Shown: positions 41,953-52,852 of the stretch, piece after piece
Layout: every line of letters starts with the position of its first letter
How positions within the stretch are numbered: position 1 is the first letter of the stretch
NCBI GenBank assembly: GCA_021806045.1
Contig: JAJZDI010000007.1
Span: forward strand, 42,803 to 106,802
Direction of reading: 5' to 3'
Length of the DNA stretch: 64,000 nt
Source of the DNA: Actinomycetes bacterium
Lineage (GTDB): Bacteria; Actinomycetota; Acidimicrobiia; Acidimicrobiales; RAAP-2
The notes under the pieces: generated by a model
Told to the model about the DNA's origin: nothing
Databases searched by the model: none
The model's input: the letters and a program-made list of their open reading frames with translations, nothing else
Position numbers and translations under genes: made by a program

Positions 41953-43001
41953 ATGAGGTCCGACACCCAACTCCTCCAGCCGTTCGAGTAGAGGCGGTAG
42001 TCGCCCCTGCGCACCCGTTCGAAGACCTGGGGAACCCGCCTCCAGCGCCTGCGGGGCAGGTCCTGCCGGAATCGCAGCATTTCCGAAAGGCGCTCGAGAG
42101 TTGCTCGGAACGCCGGGCCGGCCCGTGGACTCGGCATCCGCTCGAGGAGTTCGGATACGTACCGGTACATGGCCGCTTCCGCCACCATCTCGTTCGAGGT
42201 GATCTCGGGATCCGTCAGCCTCCGTGCGTAGAAGCGCACGATGCGCCCGTACCGACGCAACCCCGAGCCCGAGTGGCGGAAGTGCGGGAAGCCGACCGCG
42301 TTCCCGCCGTGGAGACGGTAGGCGATGAGGAGCTCGTCGATGGGCTGGAGCTGCGCCTGCATCGCGATCGCGATCGAGATCCAGATGTCATGGGTGATCG
42401 GGGGCCACGGGTCCATACCCGGGAGCAGGCTCGCCCGGAAGGTCAGCGTCGCGCCGGTCACGACCGGGTGCCGCAGGAGGACGTCCAGTGCCCGACCTGA
42501 CCGGACATCCTCCCGATCGGCGGTGGAGAAGCCCGCCGCGTCCCACAGGTGGACCCCGGTCGGTTCGCCGTCACCGTCGATGCACCAGCCGTTGGTGAAC
42601 ACCGCGCCGACCGCAGGATCAGCGTCGAGGGCGGCAACGGCTCGCTCCAGCTTGGCGGGTGCCCAGATGTCGTCCTGGTCGCACAGCGCGATGAGCTCGC
42701 CCGTCGCGTCGCTGATGGCAGCCCAGAAATTGTCGGGGATGCCCAGTCGCCGCCGGTTCTCGTTCACCACCACCGGGAACGGCGCCGACCGGACGAAGTC
42801 CGCCAGGATCGCCAGGGTGTCGTCAGTCGACCCGTCGTCACGCACGACGAGCTCGTCCGGCAGCCGTGTCTGGATCGCGAGGCTCTCCAGCTGGTAGGGG
42901 AGGAAGGCGGCACCGTTGAAGGTGCACATGACGACGGAGACCGTGCTGCCGCCCGGGTCTCCGGCCTGCCGGGGTGATGCGGGAGGAGGCACCGGGGACA
43001 C
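41946..43001 (-). CDS. GT2-family glycosyltransferase (paralog of 53496-54470)
   Basis: VSVVMCTFNG, VVRDDGSTDDT and ALCDQDDIW. The start is uncertain (GTG at 43001 or 42992). Confidence 0.8.
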   Translation of the reverse strand: MSPVPPPASPRQAGDPGGSTVSVVMCTFNGAAFLPYQLESLAIQTRLPDELVVRDDGSTDDTLAILADFVRSAPFPVVVNENRRRLGIPDNFWAAISDATGELIALCDQDDIWAPAKLERAVAALDADPAVGAVFTNGWCIDGDGEPTGVHLWDAAGFSTADREDVRSGRALDVLLRHPVVTGATLTFRASLLPGMDPWPPITHDIWISIAIAMQAQLQPIDELLIAYRLHGGNAVGFPHFRHSGSGLRRYGRIVRFYARRLTDPEITSNEMVAEAAMYRYVSELLERMPSPRAGPAFRATLERLSEMLRFRQDLPRRRWRRVPQVFERVRRGDYRLYSNGWRSWVSDLIR

Positions 43002-43098
43002 TGTACCGGTCAGGCCCGCAGCCGATTCACGGCCGGACCGCCCGGTCGATGACCGACCGGCGATCCGCACGGACTGGAGGGAGCGCTTTCCCGAAGCG

Positions 43099-45003
43099 CT
43101 ACGACAGCACGCCCATGGCCCGCAACTGGTCCACCACCATGTCGGCGGCGGCGGAAGCGGAGACGTGGACGGTGTCGATCCGGATCTCCGGGTGCTCCGG
43201 GACCTCGTAGGGGGAGTCGACCCCGGTGAGGTTGACCAGCTCACCCCTCCGGCCCTTCCGGTAGAGGCCCTTCGGGTCACGGGTTTCGACCACCTCCAGG
43301 GGCGCGTCCACGAACACCTCGCAGAACTCGCCCACCTCCAGCAGCTCACGGGCGAACCGGCGCTCGGCGGCGAACGGAGAGATGAACGACACCAGGACGA
43401 TCAGCCCCGCGTCGACCATCAGCTTGGTCACTTCGGCCACCCGCCGGATGTTCTCCACGCGATCGACCGCGGTGAACCCGAGATCGCGGTTCAACCCCAG
43501 CCGGACGTTGTCCCCGTCGAGGAGGTACGTGTGCGCACCGAGCGCGTGGAGCTGCTTCTCCACCAGGTTGGAGATCGTGGACTTCCCCGCCCCCGGCAGC
43601 CCGGTGAACCAGACGGCGCATGGCCTGTGGCCGCTCAGGACGGCCCGGGCCGCCTTGTCCACGTCCACCGACTGCCATTGCACGCTGTCGGCTCGCCGCA
43701 GGGCGAAATTGAGCAGTCCTGCCCCCAGCGTGGCGTTGGTGAACCTGTCGATGATGATGAAACCGCCCATGTCGCGGTTCTCGCTGTAGGGATCGAAGGG
43801 GACCGCCTGGTTCAGGCGCAGCGAGCAGACCCCGATTTCGTTGAGGGCGAGGGTCGTTGCCGCCAGGTGCTCCATCGTGTTGACGTTCACCTTGAACTTC
43901 GGCCGGCTCAGGGTCACGCCGACGGTCATCGGGCCGACCTTCATGAGGTAGGGGCGCCCGGGGAACATCTCCCGCTCGTGCATCCAGATGACGTGGGCCT
44001 CGAACTGATCAGCCACCTGGGGCGCACGGCCCTCTTCGCAGACGACGTCCCCGCGGCTGACGTCGATCTCGTCCTCGAGGACGAGGGTGACGGCCTGGCC
44101 GACGACGGCTTCGTCCAGGTCGCCGTCGTAGGTCGTGATGCGGGCGATCCGGCTGCGACGCCCGGAAGGGAGCACCTGGATCGGCTGCCCGGTCCGGACG
44201 GTTCCCCCGACGATGGTTCCGCAATAGCCCCGGAAGTCGTGGTCGGGCCGGTTGACCCACTGCACCGGCATCCGGAACGGGCGGTCCCGGGCCTCGTCCT
44301 CGACGTCCACCAGCTCGAGATGACCGAGCAATGTCGGTCCGTGGTACCACGGAGTGTTCGGGCTGGACGCGATGACGTTGTCGCCGCGCAGGGCCGACAC
44401 CGGGATGCAGGCGATCTCGGTGAGGCCGATCCCGGCAGCGAAGGCCCGGTACTCCGACTCGATCCGGTCGAACACGTCTTCGGAGTAGCCGACCAGGTCC
44501 AGCTTGTTGACGGCCACCACCACCCTGCGGATCCCGAGGAGCGAGACCAGGTAGCTGTGTCGCCGGGTCTGGGTGAGGACACCCTTGCGGGCATCGACCA
44601 GGATCACCGCGAGGTCGGCCGTCGACGCCCCCGTGACCATGTTGCGGGTGTACTGCTCGTGGCCGGGGGTGTCGGCCACGATGAACTTCCGCTTCTCGGT
44701 GGCGAAGAACCGGTAAGCGACGTCGATGGTGATCCCCTGCTCCCGCTCGGCCGCCAAACCGTCGACCAGGAGCGCGAAGTCGAGGTCTCCCCCCTGAGTC
44801 CCGATCCGCCTGGAGTCGGCCTCGAGGGCGGCCAGATGGTCCTCGAACACCTGCTGGGATTCGTAGAGGAGGCGACCGATCAAGGTGCTCTTTCCGTCGT
44901 CGACGCTCCCACAGGTGATGAAGCGGAGAAGTGAGGTGCGCTCGTGGGCGTCGAAGTAGGCGTCGATGTCGCTGGTGATGCGCTCGTCACGGGGGAGCGC
45001 CAT
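43099..45003 (-). CDS. cysNC: Bifunctional sulfate adenylyltransferase subunit 1 / adenylylsulfate kinase (CysNC, NodQ-like)
   Basis: GTPase G1 [14 protein letters not shown] and NKLD. The C-terminal APS-kinase P-loop is GLPGAGKST, with LDGDNVR. Confidence 0.95.
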   Translation of the reverse strand: MALPRDERITSDIDAYFDAHERTSLLRFITCGSVDDGKSTLIGRLLYESQQVFEDHLAALEADSRRIGTQGGDLDFALLVDGLAAEREQGITIDVAYRFFATEKRKFIVADTPGHEQYTRNMVTGASTADLAVILVDARKGVLTQTRRHSYLVSLLGIRRVVVAVNKLDLVGYSEDVFDRIESEYRAFAAGIGLTEIACIPVSALRGDNVIASSPNTPWYHGPTLLGHLELVDVEDEARDRPFRMPVQWVNRPDHDFRGYCGTIVGGTVRTGQPIQVLPSGRRSRIARITTYDGDLDEAVVGQAVTLVLEDEIDVSRGDVVCEEGRAPQVADQFEAHVIWMHEREMFPGRPYLMKVGPMTVGVTLSRPKFKVNVNTMEHLAATTLALNEIGVCSLRLNQAVPFDPYSENRDMGGFIIIDRFTNATLGAGLLNFALRRADSVQWQSVDVDKAARAVLSGHRPCAVWFTGLPGAGKSTISNLVEKQLHALGAHTYLLDGDNVRLGLNRDLGFTAVDRVENIRRVAEVTKLMVDAGLIVLVSFISPFAAERRFARELLEVGEFCEVFVDAPLEVVETRDPKGLYRKGRRGELVNLTGVDSPYEVPEHPEIRIDTVHVSASAAADMVVDQLRAMGVLS

Positions 45004-45962
45004 CAGAAGTACCCCTCCTGCTTCTTCTTCTCCATCGAGCCCGAGGCTTCGAAGTCGATCACCCGCCCCTGCCGCTCGGACGTGGTGGCGAGCAGCATCT
45101 CCTGGATGATCTTCTGCACCGTGTCGGCTTCGCTCTCGATGGCGCCGGTAAGCGGGTAACAGCCCAGCGTCCGGAAGCGGACACGTCTCTCCACCGGTCG
45201 CTCCCCCGGCTCGAGGGGCATGCGCTCATCATCGACCATGATCAGCGCGCCGTCGCGCTCGACGACCGGCCGCACGGCGGCGTAGTACAGCGGGACGACC
45301 GGGATCTGCTCAAGGTAGATGTACTGCCAGACATCGAGCTCGGTCCAGTTCGAAAGGGGGAACACCCGGATGGTCTCCCCCTGGTTCCGGCGGACGTTGT
45401 AGACCCGCCACAACTCGGGGCGTTGCTGCTTCGGATCCCAACGGTGCTGCGCCGACCGCAGGGAGAAGATCCGCTCCTTGGCCCGCGACTTCTCCTCGTC
45501 CCGGCGAGCGCCCCCGAACGCGACATCGAACCCGTGGAGGTCGAGGGCCTGCTTCAATCCTTCGGTCTTCCACATGTGCGTATGGACGGCGGACCCGTGG
45601 GTGAACGGGTTGATCGCCTGCTCGAGGCAGTCCGGGTTCTGGTGGACGAGCAACTCCATCCCCAGTTCGGCCACCGTCCAGTCCCGGAACTCGTACATGG
45701 CCCGGAACTTCCAGGTGGTGTCCACGTGGAGGAGGGGGAAAGGCGGGACCGAGGGATGAAAGGCCTTCCGGGCCAGGTGGACCATGACCGAACTGTCCTT
45801 CCCGACGGAGTAGAGCATCACCGGGTTCTCGCTCTCGGCGACCGCCTCCCGCAGGATGTGGATGCTCTCGGCCTCGAGGCGCCGGAGATGGGTCAACCGG
45901 CGGGGCGCGACGGCGCCGGCACGAGGAGTGGCCCGCCCGTCGTTCCCATCATCCACAAGCAT
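45003..45962 (-). CDS. cysD: Sulfate adenylyltransferase subunit 2
   Basis: PP-loop SVGKDS and WNQ-type motifs. The C-terminus ends KKKQEGYF. The stop overlaps the cysNC ATG (TGATG). Confidence 0.95.
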   Translation of the reverse strand: MLVDDGNDGRATPRAGAVAPRRLTHLRRLEAESIHILREAVAESENPVMLYSVGKDSSVMVHLARKAFHPSVPPFPLLHVDTTWKFRAMYEFRDWTVAELGMELLVHQNPDCLEQAINPFTHGSAVHTHMWKTEGLKQALDLHGFDVAFGGARRDEEKSRAKERIFSLRSAQHRWDPKQQRPELWRVYNVRRNQGETIRVFPLSNWTELDVWQYIYLEQIPVVPLYYAAVRPVVERDGALIMVDDERMPLEPGERPVERRVRFRTLGCYPLTGAIESEADTVQKIIQEMLLATTSERQGRVIDFEASGSMEKKKQEGYF

Positions 45963-46262
45963 CCCCCGGCTCCTTCCCAGCTCGCTCGCCCCCAGGATCG
46001 AACAAGCGGGTCGTCAGCGCCCAGGCCCAAGAACATAGCCCTGGCGGGGCGGTCCGATTCTGTTGGGCCCGGGCTGCGCCCGGAGGGCACGGGGGCACAT
46101 TCCGCCTGGACGTGAACCGCCGAAGCACGCCGTACGCCGCTGCCGGCGAGCCTCGGGCTGGCCTTCGACCACGTGACCCGGTGCGGCCGGGACGGGTCGT
46201 CTCGCACGTGCGGGCGCGCTTCCGGCGGCCCGGGGCCAGCCGGGAGACTGCTGTAGAGTCCC

Positions 46263-47267
46263 GTGCTGGTGCAGTCCACCCGATCCCCCGATCTCGTGCG
46301 AGCGGCCTGCCGGCACCTCCGCGAAGCCGCTGGATCCGCTCGCCGGCGCATCGCCGACGAACGTGGGCGCCTGCGGGCGGCAGCGCGGCGCTCCGCCGGG
46401 CTCCCATGGAGCGAGGGTGACATCGCTCCTCTCTTCGTCCACCCGATCGAGGGACGCTCGGGGACCACGTTGATGATGAAGCTCCTCGACGTTCCCGAGA
46501 TCGCCTTCGACCGGATCTACCCGTTCGAGAACCGCTACTTCGGCTACCTTGCCCACCTCGTCACGCCGATGTCGGCATCGTTTGATCCCGAGGGCCCGTG
46601 GACGACCTCGGAGATGCTGAGGGGCGACCCGACCCGTTACGGCCCGATCCCGTTCCATGCGTCCTCGCTCGACCCGACCGACTTCCGCATACGGTCCGTC
46701 AGGCACCTGTGGCAGGCCCTCGCCGAGTCGCTCGCCGGGTACAGCCGTACCCCGCTCCGCTACTACGCGGAAAAGGCCTGGGGGAACTCGCTCGAGCTCC
46801 TCGCCGAGGCAGGGATCAAGGCCAAGGTGATCAATCTCGTGCGCGATCCGCGTGACGTCGTCTCGTCCATCCGGGCGATGGACGAGAAGCGGGGCTACTT
46901 CGGCTTCGGCCGGACCGACGATATGAGCGAAGACGATTACCTGCAGTTCGTCGTCGCCACCATGCGTCGCAACCTCGACGCGATGTCATCGGCCGAAGCG
47001 GCGCACGACTGCCGTCTCGTCCGCTACGAGGACATCGTGCGCGACCCGGAGCTCGTCACTCGAGACCTGGGGTCATGGCTCGGTGTCGAGCTCGATGCGG
47101 ACAGGTCGGTGCTGGCAGGCCCCATCTTCGATCGTCATGCCACTTCTTCCAGCGCTGAGCAGTCCATCGGGAAGTGGAAGGTGCGCCTTACCGAGCGAGA
47201 AGTCACCGAGATCTCTCGGGTGCTCGGCGCCAGCATGCAGCGGTTCGGCTACGAAGCATCCGGATGA
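46263..47267 (+). CDS. PAPS-dependent sulfotransferase family protein
   Basis: 5'-phosphosulfate-binding-loop-like GRSGTTLMMKLL and 3'-phosphate motif LVRDPRDVVSS. It is divergent from cysD-cysNC. The GTG start is at 46263 or 46269. Confidence 0.75.
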   Translation: MLVQSTRSPDLVRAACRHLREAAGSARRRIADERGRLRAAARRSAGLPWSEGDIAPLFVHPIEGRSGTTLMMKLLDVPEIAFDRIYPFENRYFGYLAHLVTPMSASFDPEGPWTTSEMLRGDPTRYGPIPFHASSLDPTDFRIRSVRHLWQALAESLAGYSRTPLRYYAEKAWGNSLELLAEAGIKAKVINLVRDPRDVVSSIRAMDEKRGYFGFGRTDDMSEDDYLQFVVATMRRNLDAMSSAEAAHDCRLVRYEDIVRDPELVTRDLGSWLGVELDADRSVLAGPIFDRHATSSSAEQSIGKWKVRLTEREVTEISRVLGASMQRFGYEASG

Positions 47268-48790
47268 ACGCCGGTGGGCACCGGGACCGCGTCGCAGCCG
47301 GCGCCGCGTGGAGCCTCGTCTCGTGGGTGGTCGCCCTCGTCGCCGGACCGGTCGTCGCCGTCCTCGTCGTGCACTCGATCTCGCACCGCCAGTACGGCTC
47401 GTTCTCGGAGGCGACATCGCTCGTTGCGATCCTCGCCGGATTGACCAGCCTCGGGCTCTCGACTGCGGTCATCCAGGTCGCAGTGACCGAGCGCTCCCGT
47501 CGTGGCGATGCCGGGGAGGCCGGCGCCATCAACAGTGCGGTGCGCATCGCCGCGGTGACCACCCTCGCAGGCGTAGTGGTCTCGGCAATGGGGGCAGTCC
47601 TCTTGTACTCGGTGCCGTCGCTCAGGCCCTCGGCTTCCCCGTTCATCGCGCTCATCCCGATCGTCCTGCTCGCTCCGTTCGCCGGCGTCGTGAGCGCCGT
47701 CGCTCGGATTCTCTACCGGCCGCGCCACGTCGCCACGGCCGCGATCGCCGCCCCGATATCGGGAGCGGCGATCATGTTCGCGATCATCGTCAGCGGCCAC
47801 GCGAACGACGTCACCATCGCGGCTGCGACGAGCGCGGCGGCCGTCATCGGCTTCGTCACGCTGGCGGCGACACTGCGGCGGTGGTACCGCGGGATCGACC
47901 GTACGGTGAGGCTCGATGGCGGCTCGGCCCGCCTCCTCGCGTTCGGCATCCCGGCCCTGGTGGGTCACGGATTCGTCTTGACCACCTCGGAGCTCACCGT
48001 CCTGTTGCTCGGATCCTCCCATGGCAGCCGGATCGCGGGCCTGTACACGCCGGCGGCGGCCATGGCGCTCACGGTGGTTGCGATCCCGGCAGCCACCAGC
48101 AGCTTCTACCTACCAGCAGCCACGGACCTCGCCGCACATCGCGACCTCGCCGGGCTTGCCGGGCTCTACCACTGGATCACGCGGTGGAACATCACCCTCG
48201 CGTCGCCGGCGATCGCCGTCCTCCTGGTTGCCCCGAAAGCCATACTCACTGTCGTGTTCGGCCCGGCCTTCGCTTCCATGTGCGGGGTGCTGCGCCTCTT
48301 GATGGTCGGTGTCACGGTGCAGGTTGCGAGCGGGTACAACGGCCTCACGCTCGATGCGTTCGGCCTCCCCAAGGTCGTCGCGGCACGCCAAGGGACCGCC
48401 CTGGCTCTGAGCGTCGTGGCGTGCGTCGTCCTGATCCCGACCTTCGGGGCTGCCGGGGCAGCGATCGCGTGCAGCTTCGCTCTGGTCGCGGCCAACATCC
48501 TCACCTCGGCGGTCCTGGCCCTCCGGTTCCGGATCTGGCCATGGGACCGGGCGACGGGCGGTACGTTTGCCGTCCTCGCCGCAGCAATGGCCATCTCGGC
48601 CGGGATGATCGCCACCATCCACAGCACCTTCTGGCAATGTGTGGTCGTGGCTGCCACGAGCGGCACGGCCACCGGCGTGGCCGCCCTGATCTTCGGGGGC
48701 CGTGCCGAGCGCAGTGCCATCGCCAACCGCCTGCGCCGGCGCTTGTCCCGCAACGGCCTCGTACCGGGCACCGTGGAGGAGGGGAGATGA
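47264..48790 (+). CDS. Polysaccharide flippase (Wzx / MOP-superfamily PST type)
   Basis: 508 aa with about 12-14 hydrophobic helices. It has ATGA overlaps with both flanking genes. Confidence 0.75.
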   Translation: MNAGGHRDRVAAGAAWSLVSWVVALVAGPVVAVLVVHSISHRQYGSFSEATSLVAILAGLTSLGLSTAVIQVAVTERSRRGDAGEAGAINSAVRIAAVTTLAGVVVSAMGAVLLYSVPSLRPSASPFIALIPIVLLAPFAGVVSAVARILYRPRHVATAAIAAPISGAAIMFAIIVSGHANDVTIAAATSAAAVIGFVTLAATLRRWYRGIDRTVRLDGGSARLLAFGIPALVGHGFVLTTSELTVLLLGSSHGSRIAGLYTPAAAMALTVVAIPAATSSFYLPAATDLAAHRDLAGLAGLYHWITRWNITLASPAIAVLLVAPKAILTVVFGPAFASMCGVLRLLMVGVTVQVASGYNGLTLDAFGLPKVVAARQGTALALSVVACVVLIPTFGAAGAAIACSFALVAANILTSAVLALRFRIWPWDRATGGTFAVLAAAMAISAGMIATIHSTFWQCVVVAATSGTATGVAALIFGGRAERSAIANRLRRRLSRNGLVPGTVEEGR

Positions 48791-49707
48791 CCGCACGCAG
48801 CGCGGCTGGATCGGTGATGCGGATCGCGCGCCCCGTCGGCCGACGTGCCCCCCGGATCATCCGGCACCCGGGTAGCGCCATGGCGGAGCTTGCCCTCGCC
48901 GCGCTGGAGGCTTCGCACCCGTTCACCCCGGGGGTCTCCACGTTGACCGGGTTTCCCGTGCGATTCACGCACCCCCACTCGTTTCTCGCCCAGTACGAGG
49001 CCATTTTCAGGAACGAGGCCTACGCCTGCCGGCCCGGCCGGCCCGACCCCGTGATCTTCGACTGCGGAGCGAACATCGGCCTCGCCAGCATCTACTGGCT
49101 GAGTAGGTATCCGGGTGCCCGTATCACCTGTTTCGAACCCGATCCATCGATTGCGGCAGTGCTGCGGGACAACCTCGAGGCAGCACGGGCCCACTTCGGC
49201 CTGGAACGGGTCGGGGAGATGCCGGATACGACGACACCCGAACACGTGCCGTCGACGTCGATCGGTTCGGTCAGGGTCGTCGAGGCAGCCCTGTGGATCG
49301 AGACGGGCTCGAAGTCGTTCACCGAACAGGGTGCTGGCGCCGGCCATCTCGGCGGTGGTGGGCGCGTCGTACCGACCGTCCGTCTTTCGGACTACCTCGA
49401 GGCCCATGTGACCACCGCCGGCGGGCGTGTGGACCTCCTCAAGGTCGACATCGAGGGGGCTGAGGTGGACGTGCTCACCGACTGCGAGCCCTGGCTCGGG
49501 TTCGTCGACGCGCTGTTCGTCGAGTTCCATTCGAGCGCCGGCCGACCCCAGCGCTTCGATGAGCTGGTCGGCATCCTCACCAGAGCGGGGTTCCGGCTCG
49601 CTCTCGAGACGGAATTCGCCCCCCGACACCCCTTCGTGGCTCGAGAGGTGCACGAGGGCTTCGACCTGCAACTCAACGTGTACGCCTACCGGGAGCCGTC
49701 GTCGTGA
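48787..49707 (+). CDS. FkbM-family methyltransferase
   Basis: FDCGANIGLAS SAM motif, ITCFEPDP and VDLLKVDIEGAE. Confidence 0.8.
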   Translation: MTARSAAGSVMRIARPVGRRAPRIIRHPGSAMAELALAALEASHPFTPGVSTLTGFPVRFTHPHSFLAQYEAIFRNEAYACRPGRPDPVIFDCGANIGLASIYWLSRYPGARITCFEPDPSIAAVLRDNLEAARAHFGLERVGEMPDTTTPEHVPSTSIGSVRVVEAALWIETGSKSFTEQGAGAGHLGGGGRVVPTVRLSDYLEAHVTTAGGRVDLLKVDIEGAEVDVLTDCEPWLGFVDALFVEFHSSAGRPQRFDELVGILTRAGFRLALETEFAPRHPFVAREVHEGFDLQLNVYAYREPSS

Positions 49708-49915
49708 TGCCTGCTCCTGCCATCTCACACCACGGCATCCCCCTGCTCACGCCACCCACGGCGCGGGTCCGGACCGGTCGCCGGCACCGGCGGTCGGACA
49801 TCGGCGGCGACACCTCCCGGCCCTCCTCCCGGTGGGACCCAGTTCACACCGTCCACGGCTGCTCGGACGCCGAGCGCATCGGGCACGCCGCGTGCACCGG
49901 CAGTCGGGGGGCACG

Positions 49916-51097
49916 GTGAGCCCGGTCCGCGTGCTCTTCGTCGGCCACACCGCTGAACCCACGGGCGCACCGATCGCGTTGCTCGGCCTAGTCCGCCAGC
50001 TCGTCGCTGACGGGGAGGTCGAGCCGGTCTTCCTACTACGTCGCGGTGGGCCCCTCGTCGAGCGCTACCGGGAGCTCGGCGAGGTCACGATCCTCGACGC
50101 CGGCTACAAGCACAAGCTCCGCCGGGCCTCCGAGATGGTGAAGGCCGGCCCGGCCTTCGACGCAGCGTACCGGCACGGGCTCGGGGCCTGGTTCCGGGCC
50201 CGCTGCAGAGCCTGGCGCGTCGACGCCATCTACCTCAACACCATCACCCACGGCGACATCGCGGGGCTGCTCTCGACCGTCGGCGTACCCATCATCTGCC
50301 ACGTCCACGAGATGGGCCGGTTCGTCGCCCGCGAAGTGAGCCCTGCACAGTTCCGGTCCCTCATCGACACCGTCAGCCGCTGGGTCGCCGTCTCCACTCC
50401 GGTCGAGGAGATGTTGGTGGAACACGGTGTCGACCGCCGGAAGATCACCCTCGTGTCCGCGAGTGTGGAGATGCCCAAGCCGCTCCCGGACGACGAACGC
50501 GCCGAGTTGCGGAAGCACTCGTTCGGCGTGCCCAGGTCGACACGGGTGCTGGCGACGTGCGGAACACCTTCGTGGACCAAGGGCCCGGAGCTCTTCCTGC
50601 AGCTCGCGCTGCGCCTCAGGCACCTCCGCGCCGACAAGCCCGACCCGTTCCTCGCGGTGTGGATCGGAGCGGATCGCCAGTACCCGGGCACGCTGACCAT
50701 GGAAGAGGACGCGCGCCAGATGGACCTCGCCGGCCATGTGAAGCTCATCGGGTTCCGCCAGGATGCGTCCACACTCCTCGGAGCGGCCGACGTCGTGGCG
50801 AGCACCTCCCGTGAGGACCCGAAACCGCTGGTGATCCTCGAGGCGGCTGCGGCCGGCGTACCGGTCGTCTGTTTCGAAGGCTCCGGGGGCGCCACCGATG
50901 TGGTGCGGGCCGGGGGCGGGCTCATGGTCCCCTACCTCGACGTCGACGCGATGAGCGTCGCCGTCTCCGAGCTGTTCGACGACGCAGACCGCTCAGCCGC
51001 GCTGGGACAGGCGGGGCGTGACTACGTCGCCAACCACGCCACCCACGAGGTCACCACCCCCGAGATCGCGCGGTTGATCCGAGACGCCCTCATGTGA
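49916..51097 (+). CDS. GT4-family glycosyltransferase
   Basis: RVLFVGHTAEPTGAP N-terminus. The C-terminus reads VVASTSREDPKPLVILEAAAAGVPVVCF (E-x7-E). Confidence 0.8.
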   Translation: MSPVRVLFVGHTAEPTGAPIALLGLVRQLVADGEVEPVFLLRRGGPLVERYRELGEVTILDAGYKHKLRRASEMVKAGPAFDAAYRHGLGAWFRARCRAWRVDAIYLNTITHGDIAGLLSTVGVPIICHVHEMGRFVAREVSPAQFRSLIDTVSRWVAVSTPVEEMLVEHGVDRRKITLVSASVEMPKPLPDDERAELRKHSFGVPRSTRVLATCGTPSWTKGPELFLQLALRLRHLRADKPDPFLAVWIGADRQYPGTLTMEEDARQMDLAGHVKLIGFRQDASTLLGAADVVASTSREDPKPLVILEAAAAGVPVVCFEGSGGATDVVRAGGGLMVPYLDVDAMSVAVSELFDDADRSAALGQAGRDYVANHATHEVTTPEIARLIRDALM

Positions 51098-51151
51098 CCG
51101 CCGGCGCCGATCCTCCCGGCACCGGCGCCTGCGTTCACGTGGCAGGACCGC

Positions 51152-51352
51152 TCACCTGTAGGAGGTCGACGCTGAACTGCCCAGGCAGGCGTTCACGATC
51201 TGGCTGCGCGACCAGTGCATCGAGTCGTGCAGTCGGAGACAGCTGACGAGTGCCGAGAACCTGGCGGTCTGGAACAGTCCCCGTGCCCGCTCGGCCCAGT
51301 GGAGGGCGCCCTGCCGATCGTTGCGGGCCAGAGCCGTCTCGACCAGGTTCGA
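51152..51352 (-). pseudogene. Coding-like 66-codon continuation of the wzy-like ORF beyond its in-frame TAG
   Basis: It is in frame with 51353-52852 and reads SNLVETALARNDRQGALHWAERARGLFQTARF... By hand count about 85% of third positions are G/C, versus under 60% at first and second positions. Confidence 0.5.
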
Positions 51353-52852
51353 CTAGGTGAGCTGGATGGCGGGATCCCGCGTGGCCGACCGGAGGACCAG
51401 CGAGGCGTACCCGGCCGAGAGATCGCCGGCTGCCGCCTGGTTGAACCCGAGCCGCCGCCGGGCCGTCGCATCGAGCGGGTCCCGCGACACCGCCAACTGG
51501 TCCCAAGGGAGCGCGAGCCGGTAGTACCCGGCGTTCCTCTGGGCTTCGACGTCGAGGAAGTCGGACAGCGCGTTGGCGGCGTCGTTCCACATGGGAAGCC
51601 GGCTGTTGGCTGACGCCAACGTCGCCAGGTCGTGGTTGGTGATGCCGGAATTCAGCTGGGTGTTCCCGATCATCACCATCAGGCCAGCGAAGAGGGCCAG
51701 GGCGACGAGCACCACCTGCGCGGCGATCCTCGGCGTGGACGGCCGGTCGGTGACACCCTGCGATGACCGGGAACCCGGCGGAAGGTCGCGCTCGAATGCA
51801 CCGACGGCTGCCGCACCCAGGGCGAGAAAGGCGAGGCCGGTGGCCGTGAGGTCGAGGGGCTCGAGCAGCCCGCCGGCGAAGAGCGCGATCGAGTAGAGCA
51901 GGAGCGCATCCCGGGCCCGACGGAACGCGGGGACCAACCAGGCCACGAACAGGGCCAGGCCGAGGAGTCCCGTCGTGACGGCGATCTCGACCAGGATGTT
52001 GTGGGTGTCGGGGAACACACCGTCGTGCAGGACCGTCGTGACCGACCGGTAGGGAAGTGTCGCGGACTCGGACTGACCGGGCCCCGACCCGAAGACCGGA
52101 TGGGCCTCCACGGCGTGCGGGCTGGCGGTCCAGATCCGCATCCGGGGCCCGAATGCCCCACTTGCACCCTCGGACGTGACCGTCCGGAAGGGGACGGAGG
52201 TCCCCAGGCGCACCAGGGACTGGATGGCCAGGCCCACCAGGAGCCCGCCGCCGGCGGCGACGGCGAAGGCCACGGCCGCCTTGCCTCGACGCGCCACCAC
52301 CACCCAGATGAACAGCCCCTCGATGAACAACAGGCTGTAGCGCTCCCCCGTCAGGTACGTCTCCACGCCGAGCCCGCCGACCATGACCCACCAGCTCCAG
52401 ACGAAGGACCCGAGCAACGACCAGCCCTGCCCGCCCACCTCGAGAAGGGTCACCCCCGCGTTGAGTAGCTCGAGGACGAGCAGGCCCTTGCCGAGGAGCG
52501 ACGCGCCCGATGTCCCGACACCGGTTCCGAGGGCCCAGAGCGCGGCCAGCCCCACCAGGGAGAGCCAGCCCGTACCGACCTCGTTGGCGCCGAAGAACCC
52601 GATCAGCGGTGCGGTCGACAGGGCGGCGGAGACCGAGGCCACCACCAGGAAGGCGACGGCTGCTCGGGCTGACCACGAGACCGCCGAGCGCCAGGTGCGC
52701 AGCGCCAGGATCGGCAGACCGAGCGCCGCCAGCACGAGGAAGACGGTGGCTCTCGGCCCGAAGTACACCGTCCGCTCGTTCGGACGGGCGGCGACCTGGC
52801 CGGCCAGGACGGCACCGACGGCGACCACCCACGCCAACACGCTCGGCGGCAA
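51353..52852 (-). CDS. O-antigen polymerase/ligase-family (Wzy-like) membrane protein with C-terminal TPR-like tail; possibly disrupted
   Basis: About 10 TM helices and a periplasmic-loop motif HAVEAHPVFGSGPGQ...DTHNILVE. The only start is a TTG without an SD. See the flanking features. Confidence 0.65.
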   Translation of the reverse strand: MPPSVLAWVVAVGAVLAGQVAARPNERTVYFGPRATVFLVLAALGLPILALRTWRSAVSWSARAAVAFLVVASVSAALSTAPLIGFFGANEVGTGWLSLVGLAALWALGTGVGTSGASLLGKGLLVLELLNAGVTLLEVGGQGWSLLGSFVWSWWVMVGGLGVETYLTGERYSLLFIEGLFIWVVVARRGKAAVAFAVAAGGGLLVGLAIQSLVRLGTSVPFRTVTSEGASGAFGPRMRIWTASPHAVEAHPVFGSGPGQSESATLPYRSVTTVLHDGVFPDTHNILVEIAVTTGLLGLALFVAWLVPAFRRARDALLLYSIALFAGGLLEPLDLTATGLAFLALGAAAVGAFERDLPPGSRSSQGVTDRPSTPRIAAQVVLVALALFAGLMVMIGNTQLNSGITNHDLATLASANSRLPMWNDAANALSDFLDVEAQRNAGYYRLALPWDQLAVSRDPLDATARRRLGFNQAAAGDLSAGYASLVLRSATRDPAIQLT

